The notes under the pieces were generated by a model. That model was given only the letters and a program-made list of their open reading frames with translations, did no database searches and was not told the origin of the DNA. Position numbers and translations under genes: made by a program. 64,000 nucleotides of DNA from Octopus vulgaris. Lineage: Eukaryota. Positions 12,065 through 26,896 of the stretch are shown here, piece by piece. The DNA is taken from assembly GCA_951406725.2 (NCBI GenBank), contig OX597822.1, positions 38,874,001 through 38,938,000 of the forward strand, written 5' to 3'. Numbering within the stretch: the stretch's first letter is position 1; the number at the start of each line of letters is the position of its first letter.

Positions 12065-14068
12065 TAATTGCCAGATGCTGGAGTTTTTGGAGCAAAGATG
12101 TTTAGCATAACAATGAAGCAGAATGGTTACAAAAATTTAAAAGTAAAATAGAAAATAGATCAAAACAAGAAAATATACATATTAAATATTACAGATGAGA
12201 AAGTGAAAGAAATACTTAAGAAAAGACCAAATTTGAAAACTCCTGGACCAAATCGTGTTTAGGGAATCTGACTTTTAAAAATCCTTCAGATATGTACAGC
12301 CATTTCTTACTGACTGTACAGAAAATGGAACACCAGCATGGATAGTAAAAATTTTAAAATAAACAGTGCTAATACAGGACAAAGGGAAGAGGCAGGAAGT
12401 CAGTAATTATAGACTTATTACATGCTCACCATTACACTGGAAATTATAAACTGGCTTCATAACAAATGAATTATATAATTTTCAGTAGAAGGAGAATCTA
12501 TTGCCAAAGGAGCAAAAGGGATGCAGAAGGAAGTCAGGGGGAGCTGTTGATCTATTTTATATTGAAAGCAAGATATTAAGTGAGGTATAACAAGTAAGAA
12601 GAAATTAGCTGCTGATTGGATAGACTACAAAAAAATCTTCAACAATGTTCCACATTGTTGACTCTTGAAGTACCTGAGGACATTTGGAAGCAATGAGAAG
12701 ATTAAGTTTCTTTAGAAAAGTAATGTGATCTTGAGAAATATAACTAAAATGTAGAAATAAACCATTTGGAAACATGAAAATATGGAGGGGGATATTCCAG
12801 GGAGACTTGCTATCTCCATTGCTTTTTGTCATTATGTTAATCTCAGTGACAAGCATAGTGACAAATCCATAGTGACAAAATAAGACCTAGATTCTCTGAC
12901 CAGTAAGAATATTTAACAAGGATATTGGCATGCAGTTTGGGGGTTAATAAGAGTGCAGTTTTAATTATGAAGGAAAGCTAAAAAATTAAATCTAATAGTG
13001 TAAGATTGTGACAAGATGATATTAAATTGCCAAGAAAAAATGAGGTGTACAAGCACCTAGCAGTGCTGCAGAACAATAGGGTTATAGAAAAAGTAATGAG
13101 AAAGTTTCCAAAGAGTTTCTCCTTACTCACAATGTGCACTATCCTAAAAGTAAAATTGACAAGACTCCACCTAGAGGCTTGTTAAATGCAGAATACACTA
13201 TTAAAACCAAAATATTGGGTTTGCAGGACTATGTTGTATGAAGTGAAGAATGATAGGGTAAGTAGCTGGAAAGAGAAGAAATTACATGATCAAATCCTGC
13301 AACAAATCAAGGATGTTGGAAGTAAAGAATGCTGGTTATGGCTGACTGATGAATACATGAAACTGAATCACTAGCTGCTCAGGAACAAGCCATTGGAAAG
13401 AATTTTATAAAGACTGATAGAATTCAGTCAGAGAGCAAATACAGAATCTGTAGAAATGGAAACAAAAGCATTAACAATCTCTTAAATGAATGCAGTAAAG
13501 CAGCGCAAAAAGAGTATAAATGCAAGAATAAGTACATTGGTGAAAGAGTGAATTAGAATGTAAGCCAAGTGTATGGGTTCAAAATGACAGAAAAGTGGTA
13601 TGAACACAAGCCAAAAACTATGATGGATAATAAAATTAAAGGACTTTATGGGATTTCTCCATAAAGTCCAACCATACTATCAAAACAAGGAGACAAGATA
13701 TGATTGTAGAAAGAAAAAAGTTTAAGAGTATAGACTTTGCAATACTATAATGGTAATGGAGTGGATATTAAAGAAATTGAAAAAAAAATTAGGAAGTAAC
13801 AGGATCTAGCCAGAGAGATGAAAAGAATGAGAAGGTAACAATTGCTTTTGTGATAATTGGTGCACTTGGCACAACACTTAAATTACTGGTTATGAGATTG
13901 AAGGATACTGGAAATGAGACTCATTCTGTCAACCTGTAGAAAAGTTCCACTTTGTATTCTGCAAGAATTCCAAGAGAGATTCTTGAGATTTGAGGAAACT
14001 TGTCACTTCAGAAAAAAACAACACACCTTCCTTCCTAAAGTAGCATATGATAGCTTTATAATAATAAT
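12065..14068 (+). mobile_element. Decayed R4/Dong-clade LINE (RT + restriction-like endonuclease), internally deleted
   Basis: Fragments KTPGPN, SNYRLITC, LLPKEQKGCRRKS, WIDYKK, RGIFQGDLLSPLLF, KDIGMQFG, WKEKKLHDQ, AAQEQA, KWYEHKP, VIIGALG; ends in ATAATAATAAT. Confidence 0.85.
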
Positions 14069-14084
14069 CTTTTCAACAACAACC

Positions 14085-14445
14085 TTGGGCAACATTTTTG
14101 AACTCCAAACATCTCACACTCATGGACATGCCTACAAAATCAAAAAACAACACAGCACCTATGACTTTCGGAAACATTTTTTCATGCCCAGAATTGCTGA
14201 AGCATTGAATAAACTACCTGTATTAGTTGTTAGCTGTTGAGACACTACATTCTTCAAAATAGCCATGCTTCCTGAAATTCACCAATGGTACAACTGATGC
14301 CTCACCCCACCCTACTCCTTTTTTTTAAAAGTCTTTTTCACTGTTCACTTCCTGTGCATTATACCATGTCCTGTTCATGCAGTGTTGGTTACTTTTCCTG
14401 ATGCGCTGTAGTGCACCTGAGCACTGTATACAATAAGTTCATTAT
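14085..14445 (+). mobile_element. CR1/L2-type LINE 3' end
   Basis: SHTHGHAYKIKKQHSTYDFRKHFFMPRIAEALNKLP resembles the CR1 ORF2 C-terminus (TRGH..K....R..FF..R....WN.LP). Confidence 0.75.
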
Positions 14446-14454
14446 ATTTTTTGT

Positions 14455-14790
14455 GAAGGCACATAGCTCAATGGTTTAGAACATTGGGCTCACAATCATG
14501 AGGTAGCAAGTTCTATTCTCAGACCAGGCTGTGTGTTGTATTCTTACACAAAACACTTTTACTTCATGTTGTACCAGTTCATTCAGTTGCAGAAATGAGT
14601 TGCGACATCAATGGTGCCAAGCTGTATCGGCATTTGCCTTTCCCTTGGATAACATCAGTGACATGGAGATAGACGGTTGGTATGCATGGGTGACTGCTAG
14701 TCTTCCATAAACGACCTTGCCCAAACTTTCTAGGAACTTTCTAGGTGCAATCCCATGGTCATTCATGACCAAAGAGGAGGTCTTTATTTT
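14455..14790 (+). mobile_element. SINE family C, near full length
   Basis: tRNA-like head; body shared with copies at 34297, 47786 and 56315. Confidence 0.8.
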
Positions 14791-16209
14791 ATAATTTATA
14801 AAATTCAATTCACAATACATTACCATCACTGACACACAAACATGTATGTTTTCTGTCTTTTCTACCTCCACTGAGCCATGCAAACCCCCAACACTGGTGC
14901 AATGAGATTCTGTGCTTCCCCCTCACTCGCACTCTCCAAATTATATTATCTCAATTTATCTCTGAACTGATTTACCTCAACTGCTTTTCCAACTTCAGTC
15001 TCCCTTGAGTTAGATGGAACTTTTCCAATTTCCATCTACCCAAGTGAACTGCCCCCCCCCCCCACCTCCTTTCTAACTCAAACCTCTCCCATCATTCAAC
15101 TACAGTAATAGTTGAATAATATTCTTAAGGCTGCAATTCACTCACACTCAGCATCTTTCAAGGCTTGTTGCTAATTCAGTTCTTAACCAAATGTAAAACT
15201 TAACATTTTTGATGTGGACTGGTCCCTAGTTACATTCATGCATAAAAAAAATTGAGATTTGATCCAGTAGAAAAAAGTTTACATAAAAATTTGTAGCAAT
15301 GTTATAGGAGAATATGTAACAGCACCAACCAAGTTTAGATCTAAATAACTTTTTTTTTATTTTAAAAGCAAAATATATTTAGCTTAACTTCAATGATAGA
15401 AGAAAGCATGAATAATTTCATAGTTTTGATCCCATGCAAAAAAAATTTGTATCAAAAACAAAGTTGAGGTAAAATATGAAAAAATATAAGTAAGGCAAAA
15501 AATAACAAACTATATTTTAATTAAGCTTAAATGATAGAGCTCAGTTCGACAAATTTCGTGGTATCAATCTCATGCAATGAAGTTTTAAAAGAAAAAAAAT
15601 TATGAGTGTTTTATTTATGCATATATATAATGGTGGTAGGTCTCAACAGCTGGAGCAAAAACTCATGCTACCAACACCAACATGGAGGGAAAATTACATG
15701 AAACCTATGATGATAATGATGACGATGATGATAGTGATGATGATGGTGGTGGTGATGGTTGGGCATGGTGATAATGATGATGATGGTTGTTCGTAAGGTG
15801 ATAATGACAGGATGGTGGTTGCTATGTCAATGATGGTAGCCTATGATGGTGATAATGATGATGGTGATGACAATGATTGCTATGGAAGTGATGGTGGTGG
15901 TGATAATGATGGTTGCTTATGGTGTTGATGTTAATGGCGATAATGATGATGATGGAGATGTGGGTGGTTGCTTAAGGAGGTGTTAATGATGGCAATGATG
16001 ACGGTTGATGATGATAATGATGAGGATGCTGATGATGATGGTGGTGGTAGTTGGTCACGGTATCAATGATGATGGATGTGATATGCTGCTGATGATGGTG
16101 ATCATAGTGTGGTGGAGAAGATAATATTGATGAAAATAATATTTGACGTTTGCAATAATGGTGATGATAATAATGATGATCATGCCAATAACATTGGTGG
16201 TGCAATATA

Positions 16210-16243
<34 letters not shown>

Positions 16244-16548
16244 ATATAGATTAATGATATGTGGTGGTGATTATGTAATGCACAGACACGCAATGAGGTG
16301 GGAGTATCATTAAGACTCTTTTCATGATTACACTGCAAAAAAAATATTAACATGAAACAAAACTAACACAACAACAACCAGGAAAACAAACCAGCTCAGT
16401 CGTTTTCATCCAGTCTATTTACTAGATTCTGGTCAATGTTGGCCATAAACACAAGCTCCAACAGAAACACATTCAATAAATATTCTTGTTATAAAATTTA
16501 GTCCATTTTCATTGAGTCACAAATACACACACATACATATATATAGCA

Positions 16549-16859
16549 TTGCCGGTGGCACATGAAAAAACATTCGAGGGAGGGTGTTGCCAGTGCCGCT
16601 GGACTGGCTCCTATGCAGGTGGCACGTAAAAACCACCATTTGAGTGTGGGTGTTGCCAGTACCACCTGACTGGCCCTTGTGTGCCGGTGGCACATAAAAG
16701 CACCCACTACACTCTCGGAGTGGTTGGCGTTAGGAAGGGCATCCAGCTGTAGAAACTCTGCCAGATCAAGATTGGAGCCTGGTGCAGCCATCTGGTTCAC
16801 CAGTCCTCAGTCAAATTGTCCAACCCATGTCAGCATGGAAAGCAGACGTTAAATAATGA

Positions 16860-16862
<3 letters not shown>
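16549..16862 (+). mobile_element. RTE 3'-UTR-derived fragment in (TA)n
   Basis: GGAGTGGTTGGCGTTAGGAAGGGCATCCAGCTGTAGAAAC...GACGTTAAATAATGATGAT. Confidence 0.85.
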
Positions 16863-16910
<48 letters not shown>

Positions 16911-17294
16911 ATATAAATACATATATATATATATGTCAGTTGAATAAAGTAAAAACATGGTGTGGTTTTCACGTTTTTTGTTATGGTATTTTAACATTAA
17001 AAAAGTATATATTTTGTAATGCTCATAAAGTTAAATCAGCATTTTCATACATAGAGTAATCCTCAGATTCCAAATGTGTTTAACTGACAGCTGAGTTCTT
17101 GACAACTTTAGTACCTCTTAGAAAGCTCCAACAAAAATAACACAAAAAACTGCTAGTCAGAGTTTCACATTCTCATTCATCAGACAGTTTAGATTGTTTT
17201 TGCAGCTCTAATAATGATAAAGCATATTACTCTACCTCCGGTATTCAAGTACTATTTTTTACCACCTTGTTTCAAATTTATGTGCTTACTTGAA

Positions 17295-17326
<32 letters not shown>

Positions 17327-17328
17327 AC

Positions 17329-17397
<69 letters not shown>

Positions 17398-17398
<1 letters not shown>

Positions 17399-17786
17399 TA
17401 GCACTATGACCTGGTGTTGCCGGCCATAGTGCTAGTGCATGCATATACAGCTGCGTGCATGTGCACATACATGCGAGTGCTGTCCAAATCTCCGACCAAT
17501 CACATACAGCTAGCTGGCATTCAATTGGCATATCAAGTTTTAGGCATTTTGATTGGGTTTTGGATAGAAAATTCACAAAAAAGTCACTTCTATTGATTTT
17601 TTTAATGGCTTTGCTGGGTGACTGGGGAAATGTAAAGATGTGCACGACCACCCTTGGACGGTTTTGAATGACCATAGAAAGTGCGAGCCCTCTAACTGAA
17701 AAATTGTGGATTAAAAAGATACACACACATAAAGGATACACACACACAGAGGCAGACATTTTGCCGTTTATATATATATAGAGAGA
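17398..17786 (-). mobile_element. Non-autonomous Helitron
   Basis: Minus strand: A|TC 5' end (TCTCTCTATATATATATAAACGG), 3' hairpin 17398-17435 ending CTAG|T, no TSD. Confidence 0.85.
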
Positions 17787-18576
17787 TAATGTGTATATAT
17801 AGCATGGAAAGCGGACGCTAAACGATGATGATGATGATATATATATATATACATTATTTACATTTGACAGATATTTGTCCTTATCTTCTTTTCTCTCTCA
17901 CACAGACACACACATATTCTCTCTGTTGGTTAGGGAAACCCAGAGAGGGATGGGCATCACCAGATTTAAAATGCACAAGACATGCTGACAATTATGGTGA
18001 TGATGAGGAGTGGAAGGCCAACCACACACACACTATAAAACTGGATAAATTGTCACAAACATACAGACATATATGGTTGTATATAGTTGCACATATCTAT
18101 GCATGTGTGTATATGGATATATATATGAAAAAGAGAGACAGACAGACAGATACATACAAGTATATATATATATATGTATGTATGTATGAACAGATATACA
18201 TACATATGTACATACATGCATGCATATACACATATGAAGCTGTTCACAAACGCATTCATAAAATACTCTAAATTAATACAGCCACACTACATAAGCTTGC
18301 ACGTACGCACAAACCCACAAAGGTATACAAAGAGCTCAAGGGCCCTATGTGTTGCCAAAAAAAGCCCCTATATAAGGAAGACAGACCCGAGTTGCTGTAA
18401 CAGGGGGCAGGTTCTGACATCATTGAGGTGGGGTACAGATGCACACATATATATACATATCTGTATGTATGTACACACAAATGCACATATAAGTATGTAT
18501 ACACACACACACACATATCAAATACATCATTGATTTGTAGTTGTATACAACGTATACACAAAATTGCATATTTTTT

Positions 18577-18613
<37 letters not shown>

Positions 18614-19026
18614 CAGGTGTGTAGTTTGTTAAACTACAAAAGGTAAGTTAAACATCACCATCACCATCACTCCACTTTTAGTCTCTTTATATCATGGCAG
18701 GGGCAAGGGAGATGATGATGCTGATGAGGAGGAGGAATAGCGAAGGGGGGAGACAGAGAATGGTAAATATAGAACTATAACAGAATGTTCCAGAACACTG
18801 AATGTACAGGGGAGAGAGAGGAGGTGATGTTTCTATTTAGATCTGTCCCTAACACATGTATACATACAAAACATGTTTTATATATTTATAAAGCACATTT
18901 GGTTTCTACAACCAGAAGAGGAGAACTCAATACATAGTAAATATAATATTTTTATTAGCTGTGAATACTACAGGGTTTATGCACAGGCCTAGAGTTTCAT
19001 GCCAAGGCTCTTACCAAACATCAGTG

Positions 19027-19090
<64 letters not shown>

Positions 19091-19207
19091 GTTGGCTTGA
19101 AACTTTAGCATTTTAAGTAACTCATATAGTATTCTCAGCCAATATCACATTATTATATATACATTATATATATTAGATGATATGATAACGTCTAAAATAT
19201 ATATATA

Positions 19208-19369
19208 GGCACAGGAATGGCTGTGTGGTAAGTAGCTTGCTTACTAACCACATGGTTCCAGGTTCAGTCCCACTTCATGGTTCCTTGGGCAAGTGTCTTC
19301 AACTATAGCCCTGGGCCAACCAAAGCCTTTTGAGTGGATTTGGTAAATGGAAACTGAAAGAAGCCCCTA

Positions 19370-19427
<58 letters not shown>

Positions 19428-19632
19428 TTGTGTGTCTGTGTTTGTCCCGTCACCATTGCTTGCCAAGCGATGCTGGTGTGTTTACAACCCGTCACTTACC
19501 AGTTTGGCAAGAAAGACAGATAGAATAAGTACTAGGCTTACAAAGAATAAGTTTTGGAGTAAATTTGTTCAACTAAAGGCAACGCTCCAGCATGGCTCTA
19601 ACCAGATGACTGAAACAACTAAAAGAATAAAA
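19208..19632 (+). mobile_element. SINE family A, full length
   Basis: A/B boxes (TGGCTGTGTGGTAA; GGTTCAGTCCC), CORE-like CCTTGGGCAAGTGTCTT, internal (TA)n(TG)n, tail GCTCCAGCATGGC...GACTGAAAC. Confidence 0.9.
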
Positions 19633-19648
19633 TATATATATATATATA

Positions 19649-19876
19649 TTCTTTTATCTTATTCTTTTATTTGTTTCAATCATTTGACTGCAGCCATGCT
19701 GGAGCACCGACTTTTAGTTGAGCAAATCAACCCCAGGACTTATTCTTTGTAAGCCTAGTACTTATTCTATCGGTCTTTCTTGCTGAACCGCTAGGTGATG
19801 CATATATAAACACACCAGCATCAGTTGTCAAGTGATGTTGGGGGGACAAACACACACACACACATATATATATATA

Positions 19877-19916
<40 letters not shown>

Positions 19917-20111
19917 GACACACAAACATATACATACATATATATATAAATATATATATACAATGGGCTTCTTTCAGTTTCCATCCACCAAATCCACTCA
20001 GAAGGCTTTGGTCGGCCCGAGGCTATAGTAGAAGACACTTGCCCAAGGTGCCACGCAGTAGGACTGAACTCAGAACCATGTGGTTGGTAAGCAAGCTACT
20101 TACCACACAGC
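19649..20111 (-). mobile_element. SINE family A, near full length
   Basis: Reverse complement of family A, tail-to-tail with the preceding copy. Confidence 0.9.
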
Positions 20112-20304
20112 TAACAAAAATAGACAAATGGATATAGTCTTGCAGCAATGTTTCTTTAAGTGGTTTTATTGTGATGTAACATCATAGATTCAGTTATGTA
20201 AGATGTGAAATGATTATAAGATTATGCAATGCATTATACAATACAATAATTTCCCAAATCCCTAGGCCAAACATATGCAGGTCAATATTTGGTATGTTAT
20301 CAAA

Positions 20305-20503
20305 GCAGTAAGCTGGCAGAATCATTAGCACCCCAAGTGAAATGCTAAGAGGTATTTCTGAGTTCAAATCCCGCTGAGGTTGATTTTGCCTTTTATTCCT
20401 TCAGGGTTGATAAATTAAGTACCAGTTACGTACTAGGGTCGATCTCATCGACTGGCACCCCCCCCCCAGAATTTCAGACCTTGTGCTTATAATAGAAAGG
20501 AAT
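20305..20503 (+). mobile_element. SINE family B
   Basis: AGCTGGCAGAATCATTAGC...GAGTTCAAATCC...GGGTTGATAAATTAAGTACCAG. Confidence 0.8.
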
Positions 20504-20867
20504 ATTTGATACGTTATCAGACAAGCAAGTCCAACAACATAGATCCCCTTCAATCAACCAATCAACACACACACACACACATGCACTGCAAGATTGTGAC
20601 TTTGATTCTCAGAGTAGTGGTGCATTGGGTTCTTGAGCAAAACACTTCATTTTACGTAGCACCAGTCCGTTCAGCTGTAAATGGGTTACCTGCAATACAT
20701 TGACATTCCATTCAGAGAGATGTTGGCCTGCCTGACTAGCCAATGGGTTAATAACATTCAAAAGCTAGAATAATGCAAGGAAGTACATTGTGGCCGGTGA
20801 TGTATAACGTTTAATAATCTGATCAATACAGTGATGCCTATATATGTGTGTGTGTGTGTAGATATAT

Positions 20868-20938
<71 letters not shown>

Positions 20939-21391
20939 TCTAATATAATAAATGTGAAAACTAATTTCTGTATGTCAGTGTGTCACACTTAGATCTCACT
21001 CTCTCACTATTCAATGACACTTCTACTATTCCTCATGATGGGGTGAGAGTAATAGTAGGCATAGAGACGGTGAGGGTGATGGTGAAGACAGAGAAAGAGA
21101 GAAAGAAAGAAAGAGAATGAAAGAGAGACGAAGAAACTTAGGGAGAGTTGATGTTTTATTAAAAGTAGTAGTGTTGTTGGTGGCAGTGGGAGTAATAATA
21201 AAAGAGAGATGGGCTTCTTTTCAGTTTCCATCTACCAAATCCACTCACAAGGCTTTGGTCGGCCTGAGGCTATAATAGAAGACACTTGCCCAAAGCGCCA
21301 CACAGTGGGACTGAACCTGGAACCATGTGGTTGGGAAGCAAGCTTCTCACCACACAAACACAGAGGAATGAAGACACTTGATGATGCCACC

Positions 21392-21800
21392 ACCATCATC
21401 ATCATTATTTAACATCTATTTTCCATGCTGGTATGGGTCAGACAGTTAGACAAAGAACTGGCAAACCGGAAGACTGCACCAAGCTCCACTGTTTCCCTTG
21501 GCAATATTTCTATGGTTGGATGCCCTTCTTAATGCCAACCACTTTACAGAGTGTACTGGGTGCTTTTATATATTACTAGCACCAGCAAGATCACCAAGGA
21601 ACTTGGAAGACAAGACTCATTGACTGTGTTGAGGGAAGTGGCTTTGTGTCAGATGATGTGAGATTAGAATATGATATAGGGATAAAAATAGGTGTCTTGC
21701 AGTAGAAGAGGTACATGGCTACCGCAGTAGGAAGAAAGAGAAAAGAGGAGAGGAGAAAGAAGATGGTGAAGATGTGTCAGGGTGTACCCTCAAGTTACAG
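21392..21800 (-). mobile_element. RTE-tail-bearing element fragment
   Basis: (CAT)n then TTTCCATGCTGGTATGGG...GGATGCCCTT. Confidence 0.65.
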
Positions 21801-22116
21801 GGAAGTGTGTGTTTGTGTACATACAGATATATATAGCAACACATACAAACACACTTATTAAATCAATATTTTGTTTATTGGATCATATCACTTGTATATC
21901 CACATATACACATACACACAAATATATGAGTCAAAAGCAGAGCTTTACAAGGTTGCTAGACTGGGTATAAAGAGCAGCTAAATCTCTCTCTCTCTCTTTC
22001 TAAGCACATTCTCTCTAACAAATTGAAGAAAGAAAGAATATACTGTAGAATGCATTCTGAGACAAACTATGTTTGCTATAGGAGAAAATGGTTACAGACA
22101 GAACATCTTTGACCAT

Positions 22117-22468
22117 AAGCACAGGAGTGGCTGTGTGGTGGTAAGTAGCTTGCTTATCAACCACATGGTTCTGGGTTCAGTCCCACTGCATGGTACCTTG
22201 GTCAAGTGTCTTCTACTATAGCCTCGGGTCAACCAAAGCCTTGTGAGTGGATTTGGTAGACAGAAACTGAAAGAAGCCCATTGTATATATGTGTATATAT
22301 ATATATGTATATGTGTGTGTATATGTTTGTGTGTCTGTGTTTGTCCCCCAATATCATATGTTACGCCCCCGTAACATACCAGTTCGGCAAAAGAGACCGA
22401 TAGAATAAGTACTGGGCTTACAAAGAATAAGTCCTGGGGTTGATTTCTTTGACTAAAGTAAAAGAGTA
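22117..22468 (+). mobile_element. SINE family A with deletions
   Basis: Family A head, body and shortened tail. Confidence 0.85.
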
Positions 22469-23849
22469 ATGTATCATGCTGATGATTTCAAAAAAGAATG
22501 AAATAATGCTATACATTAACACCATTGATTAGAAATTTTAAGAACGTCATAATAATTAAGCAAACAGAAAAACAAAATAAAATCTGCATATTCCATGCAG
22601 CTTTTTCTTTATAATTTCTTAAATTCAACTTCAGACTTCTAATCATGCCAAATATTATGAAGAAATGATTATCTTCTGTGTATTAAGTGTCTATTAGGGG
22701 GCCCTAAATGTGTGTGTGTATGTAACCATGTATGTGTGTGTGTATGTATATATATATATGTGTGTACATGTGTGTGTGTGTAGTATACGCATATATAGTT
22801 ACATACATACACTCACATATGCATACAGACATGCACACAAAGAAATAACCTCACACACACACATAAGCATACAGACATGCACACAAAGAAATACCCTCAC
22901 ACACACACACACACACATATACTTATAAACGCAAATATATATACACATGCAGACACAATGGCACCTCTCATCCCCTCCGTCCCCTCTACACACTTATGTG
23001 GGGGTCACATTGACCTATAAACCATAACATAACACCACCACCCCAACATCACTTGCTTCTCTCCCCAATCCCTAGGTTTCCTTAACACTCCTACACACAC
23101 ACACATACACACACACACACTGCTGGCAATGAGCACCCACCACTACTACCCCACCCACACCAAAAGGCCTCCTTCCAACATCACTATCAACCAATCCACA
23201 CACAGAAAACAACTGCAGTCATTTAATTTCCCTCCTTTAACACGCATACACATACACACATACTACTTCAGGTACACACACACACACACACAAACACAGT
23301 ATACCAGACATACACATATTCACATACAATAAACTTGACATACATACACATCATACTCTCACATAATCCATCACACACATATACACACACATAATCCATC
23401 ACACACATATACACACACAACACATACACATGCTCAACACATCATATACATGTATACATACAATAACTCCCATCTACATACACCATAAAAATATATACAC
23501 TTTCAACACACACATAACACATATACACAAGCTAACTAAGGAGTTTTTAGTTAGTGGCTTTTTAACTTGCTAGAAATAACAGTTACCCATCCCTCAAATC
23601 AGCCGTACTGTCTAAAAGAAAAAAAAAAAGAATAACAGTAAATACAGAAACATATTTTGCAACAGAAAAAAAATGTGATGGCTTTATTTGGAAGGGCTTT
23701 GATGATAGGCCTACTTAATGGGAGATGACCTGGAGCTAAACAGCAAAACATACCCACAGCAGACATCAGACACACATATTCATAGTTCTACACACACACA
23801 CATACAGTGCCAGTGCACATATATAAAACCCATGCCACAGCAACATACA

Positions 23850-24318
23850 CAAATACATATATATATATATACATACATACATACATATATACACAAACAT
23901 ACATTCACATATATATATACATACATACATACATACACAAACATACATTCACATATATATATATACATACATACATACACAAACATACATTCACATATAT
24001 ATATATACATACATACATACATACATACACAAACATACATTCACATATATATATATACATACATACATACATACACAAACATACATTCACATATATATAT
24101 ACATACATACATACATACACAAACATACATTCACATATATATATACATACATACATACATACACAAACATACATTCACATATATATATACATACATACAT
24201 ACATACACAAACATACATTCACATATATATATACATACATACATACATACACAAACATACATTCACATATATATATACATACATACATACATACACAAAC
24301 ATACATTCACATATATAT

Positions 24319-24330
<12 letters not shown>
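23850..24330. repeat. ~40-bp minisatellite ACACAAACATACATTCAC(AT)n(ACAT)n, ~11 copies
   Basis: Directly visible. Confidence 0.85.
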
Positions 24331-24367
<37 letters not shown>

Positions 24368-24752
24368 AACATAAACACACACACATATATATATATATAT
24401 ATACATATATACAAACATACATACACATATATATATACAAACATAAACACACATATATACACAAACATACATATATAAATACAAAAATACATATATATGT
24501 ATATGTACATACATGTACACATACATATACATACCTATATGTGTACATACATATACATATGTAAATATATGTACATACATATACATACATATACATATGT
24601 ACTTATATGTACATACATATATATATATGTACATATATATACATATGTACTTATATGTACATACATATACATATGTACATATATGTTCATACATATGCAT
24701 ATGTACATATATATGCATACATACAGATACATACACACATATACATATATAT

Positions 24753-25050
24753 ATACTCATACACATATACATATATGTACTCATACACATATACATATAT
24801 GTACTCATACACATATACATATATGTACTCATACACATATACATATATGTACTCATACACATATACATATATGTACTCATACACATATGCATATATGTAC
24901 TCATACACATATGCATATATGTACTCATACGCATATGCATATATGTACTTATACACATATGCATATATGTACTTATACACATATACATATATGTACTCAT
25001 ACACATATACATATATGTACTCATACACATATACATATATGTATTCATAC
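24753..25050. repeat. 24-bp minisatellite GTACTCATACACATATACATATAT, ~12 copies
   Basis: Directly visible. Confidence 0.9.
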
Positions 25051-26206
25051 ACACACACATACACACAAGACAATAAAAGGGCCATTATGCCATAATTCAG
25101 CCTGCTAGAAACAGCACCAAATTCCCTTTCAATCACATAAACCCTACACTTTTAAATAAGGACACAATGTAGCTCTAGATATATACATAACAATGGGATG
25201 GTCATGGATGAAACGTCTTTCATCATAGACCTGTTCAATTAGTTAGACTTGAAGTAAACATCAACATGCAGAGTAGAGGATCAGGCAGTCAGAGATGGGA
25301 CACCTTTGATTATAGGTTTACTCAGTCAGGGCTGACCTGGGGCTAAACAACATCCCATACACAAAGCCAAGAAAGATAGAGTGATGGGTAAAGAGAGGAA
25401 TTGTGGGTTGAACGGAGGTAGTATGGGCCTATTGTTTTTTTAACCCTGAGTCAACCATGATAGAGAAGCAGATGTGATCAAAGTAGTTCCAGCCATGACT
25501 ATTCCGCCTTTATTTTCAGCAGTTTTATCTGTTATCTGTTATCCAAGATCCCTAATTAGTACAGTATGATTTGAGAGTTATTTGGCTGCTATTTCTAGCA
25601 GCCCCAAGCAACTATGTACAGGCTCCGTCATTGGCACAAAGTGGGGATGGGGTAATGATATAGGTAGAGGCAATAGTGGTGATGGTGATGGTGATAAAGG
25701 GAATAGATATGTGTGTGTATGTGTGTCTGTATATGTGATGGGAGCGTTGGTGTTGGTAATGAAGAAGATAGATGTGTGTGTGTGTGAGGAGTGAGGGGAG
25801 TAGATAAATGTGTGGTAGGTAAGTGTGGTGGGAGGGATTGCAGAGTGGTGGTGGCGATAGTAGCGGTGAAGGGAGTAGATATATGTGTGTGCCTGGCGAG
25901 TGGTGGGGAAGAAGGATGTGCCAGCTAAGCATTCTTCCCTATCTTCAGAGCCTACTGCTAAAGCAATACAAACAGAAAATGTCTGAGAGATAACAGTAGT
26001 GACAAGGAAGGGGGAGGGGAAATGTGTGTGTGTGTGTATGCATGTGTGTGTATGTGTGTGTGGGTGCAAGTGCATGTTTGTGTGCATGTGTATGCGTGTT
26101 CAGACAGAAAGTGAGTTTCTAAATGTTACTTTAGTTTGAAAGAATACAAGAGATTATGGTGGAATAAACTGTAGAAAAAAAAAACCCATAGATATGCACG
26201 CATGTG

Positions 26207-26314
26207 GATAGATAGAGAGGTAGATAGATAGATAGAGGTAGATAGATAGATAGAGGTAGATAGATAGAGGTAGATAGATAGATAGAGGTAGATAGATAGA
26301 TAGATAGAGAGAGG

Positions 26315-26354
<40 letters not shown>

Positions 26355-26356
26355 GG

Positions 26357-26400
<44 letters not shown>

Positions 26401-26402
26401 GG

Positions 26403-26466
<64 letters not shown>

Positions 26467-26564
26467 GGTAGATAGATAGATAGAGGTAGATAGATAGATA
26501 GATAGATAGGTAGATAGATAGATAGAGGTAGATAGATAGATAGATAGAGGTAGATAGATAGATG

Positions 26565-26640
<76 letters not shown>
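26207..26640. repeat. (TAGA)n with GAGG interruptions
   Basis: Directly visible. Confidence 0.95.
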
Positions 26641-26809
26641 TGTGTGTGCATGTGTATATATGTGTAAATATATATATCATCATCATCACCATCATTTAAC
26701 ACCTGCCTTCCATGCTGGCATGATGTAGAGAGAGAAAGAGAGAGAGAGAAGGATAGATAGATAGATAGAAAGTTAGGTAGATAGATAGGTTGTTAGGTAT
26801 ATAGGTAGG

Positions 26810-26896
<87 letters not shown>

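Noticed and set aside
14880-15050. Possible decayed L2/CR1-like ORF end
   Set aside because: Needs several frameshifts; cannot be supported without an alignment
22479-22520. CTGATGA...GAAA hammerhead-like motif
   Set aside because: No UH cleavage site after stem III and no stem I; the similar motif at ~13345 lies inside the R4 ORF
23718-25136. Long Y/I/H/T/C/V-rich ORFs here and at 35-36, 41-42, 48-49 and 53-54 kb
   Set aside because: Translations of dinucleotide and tetranucleotide repeats
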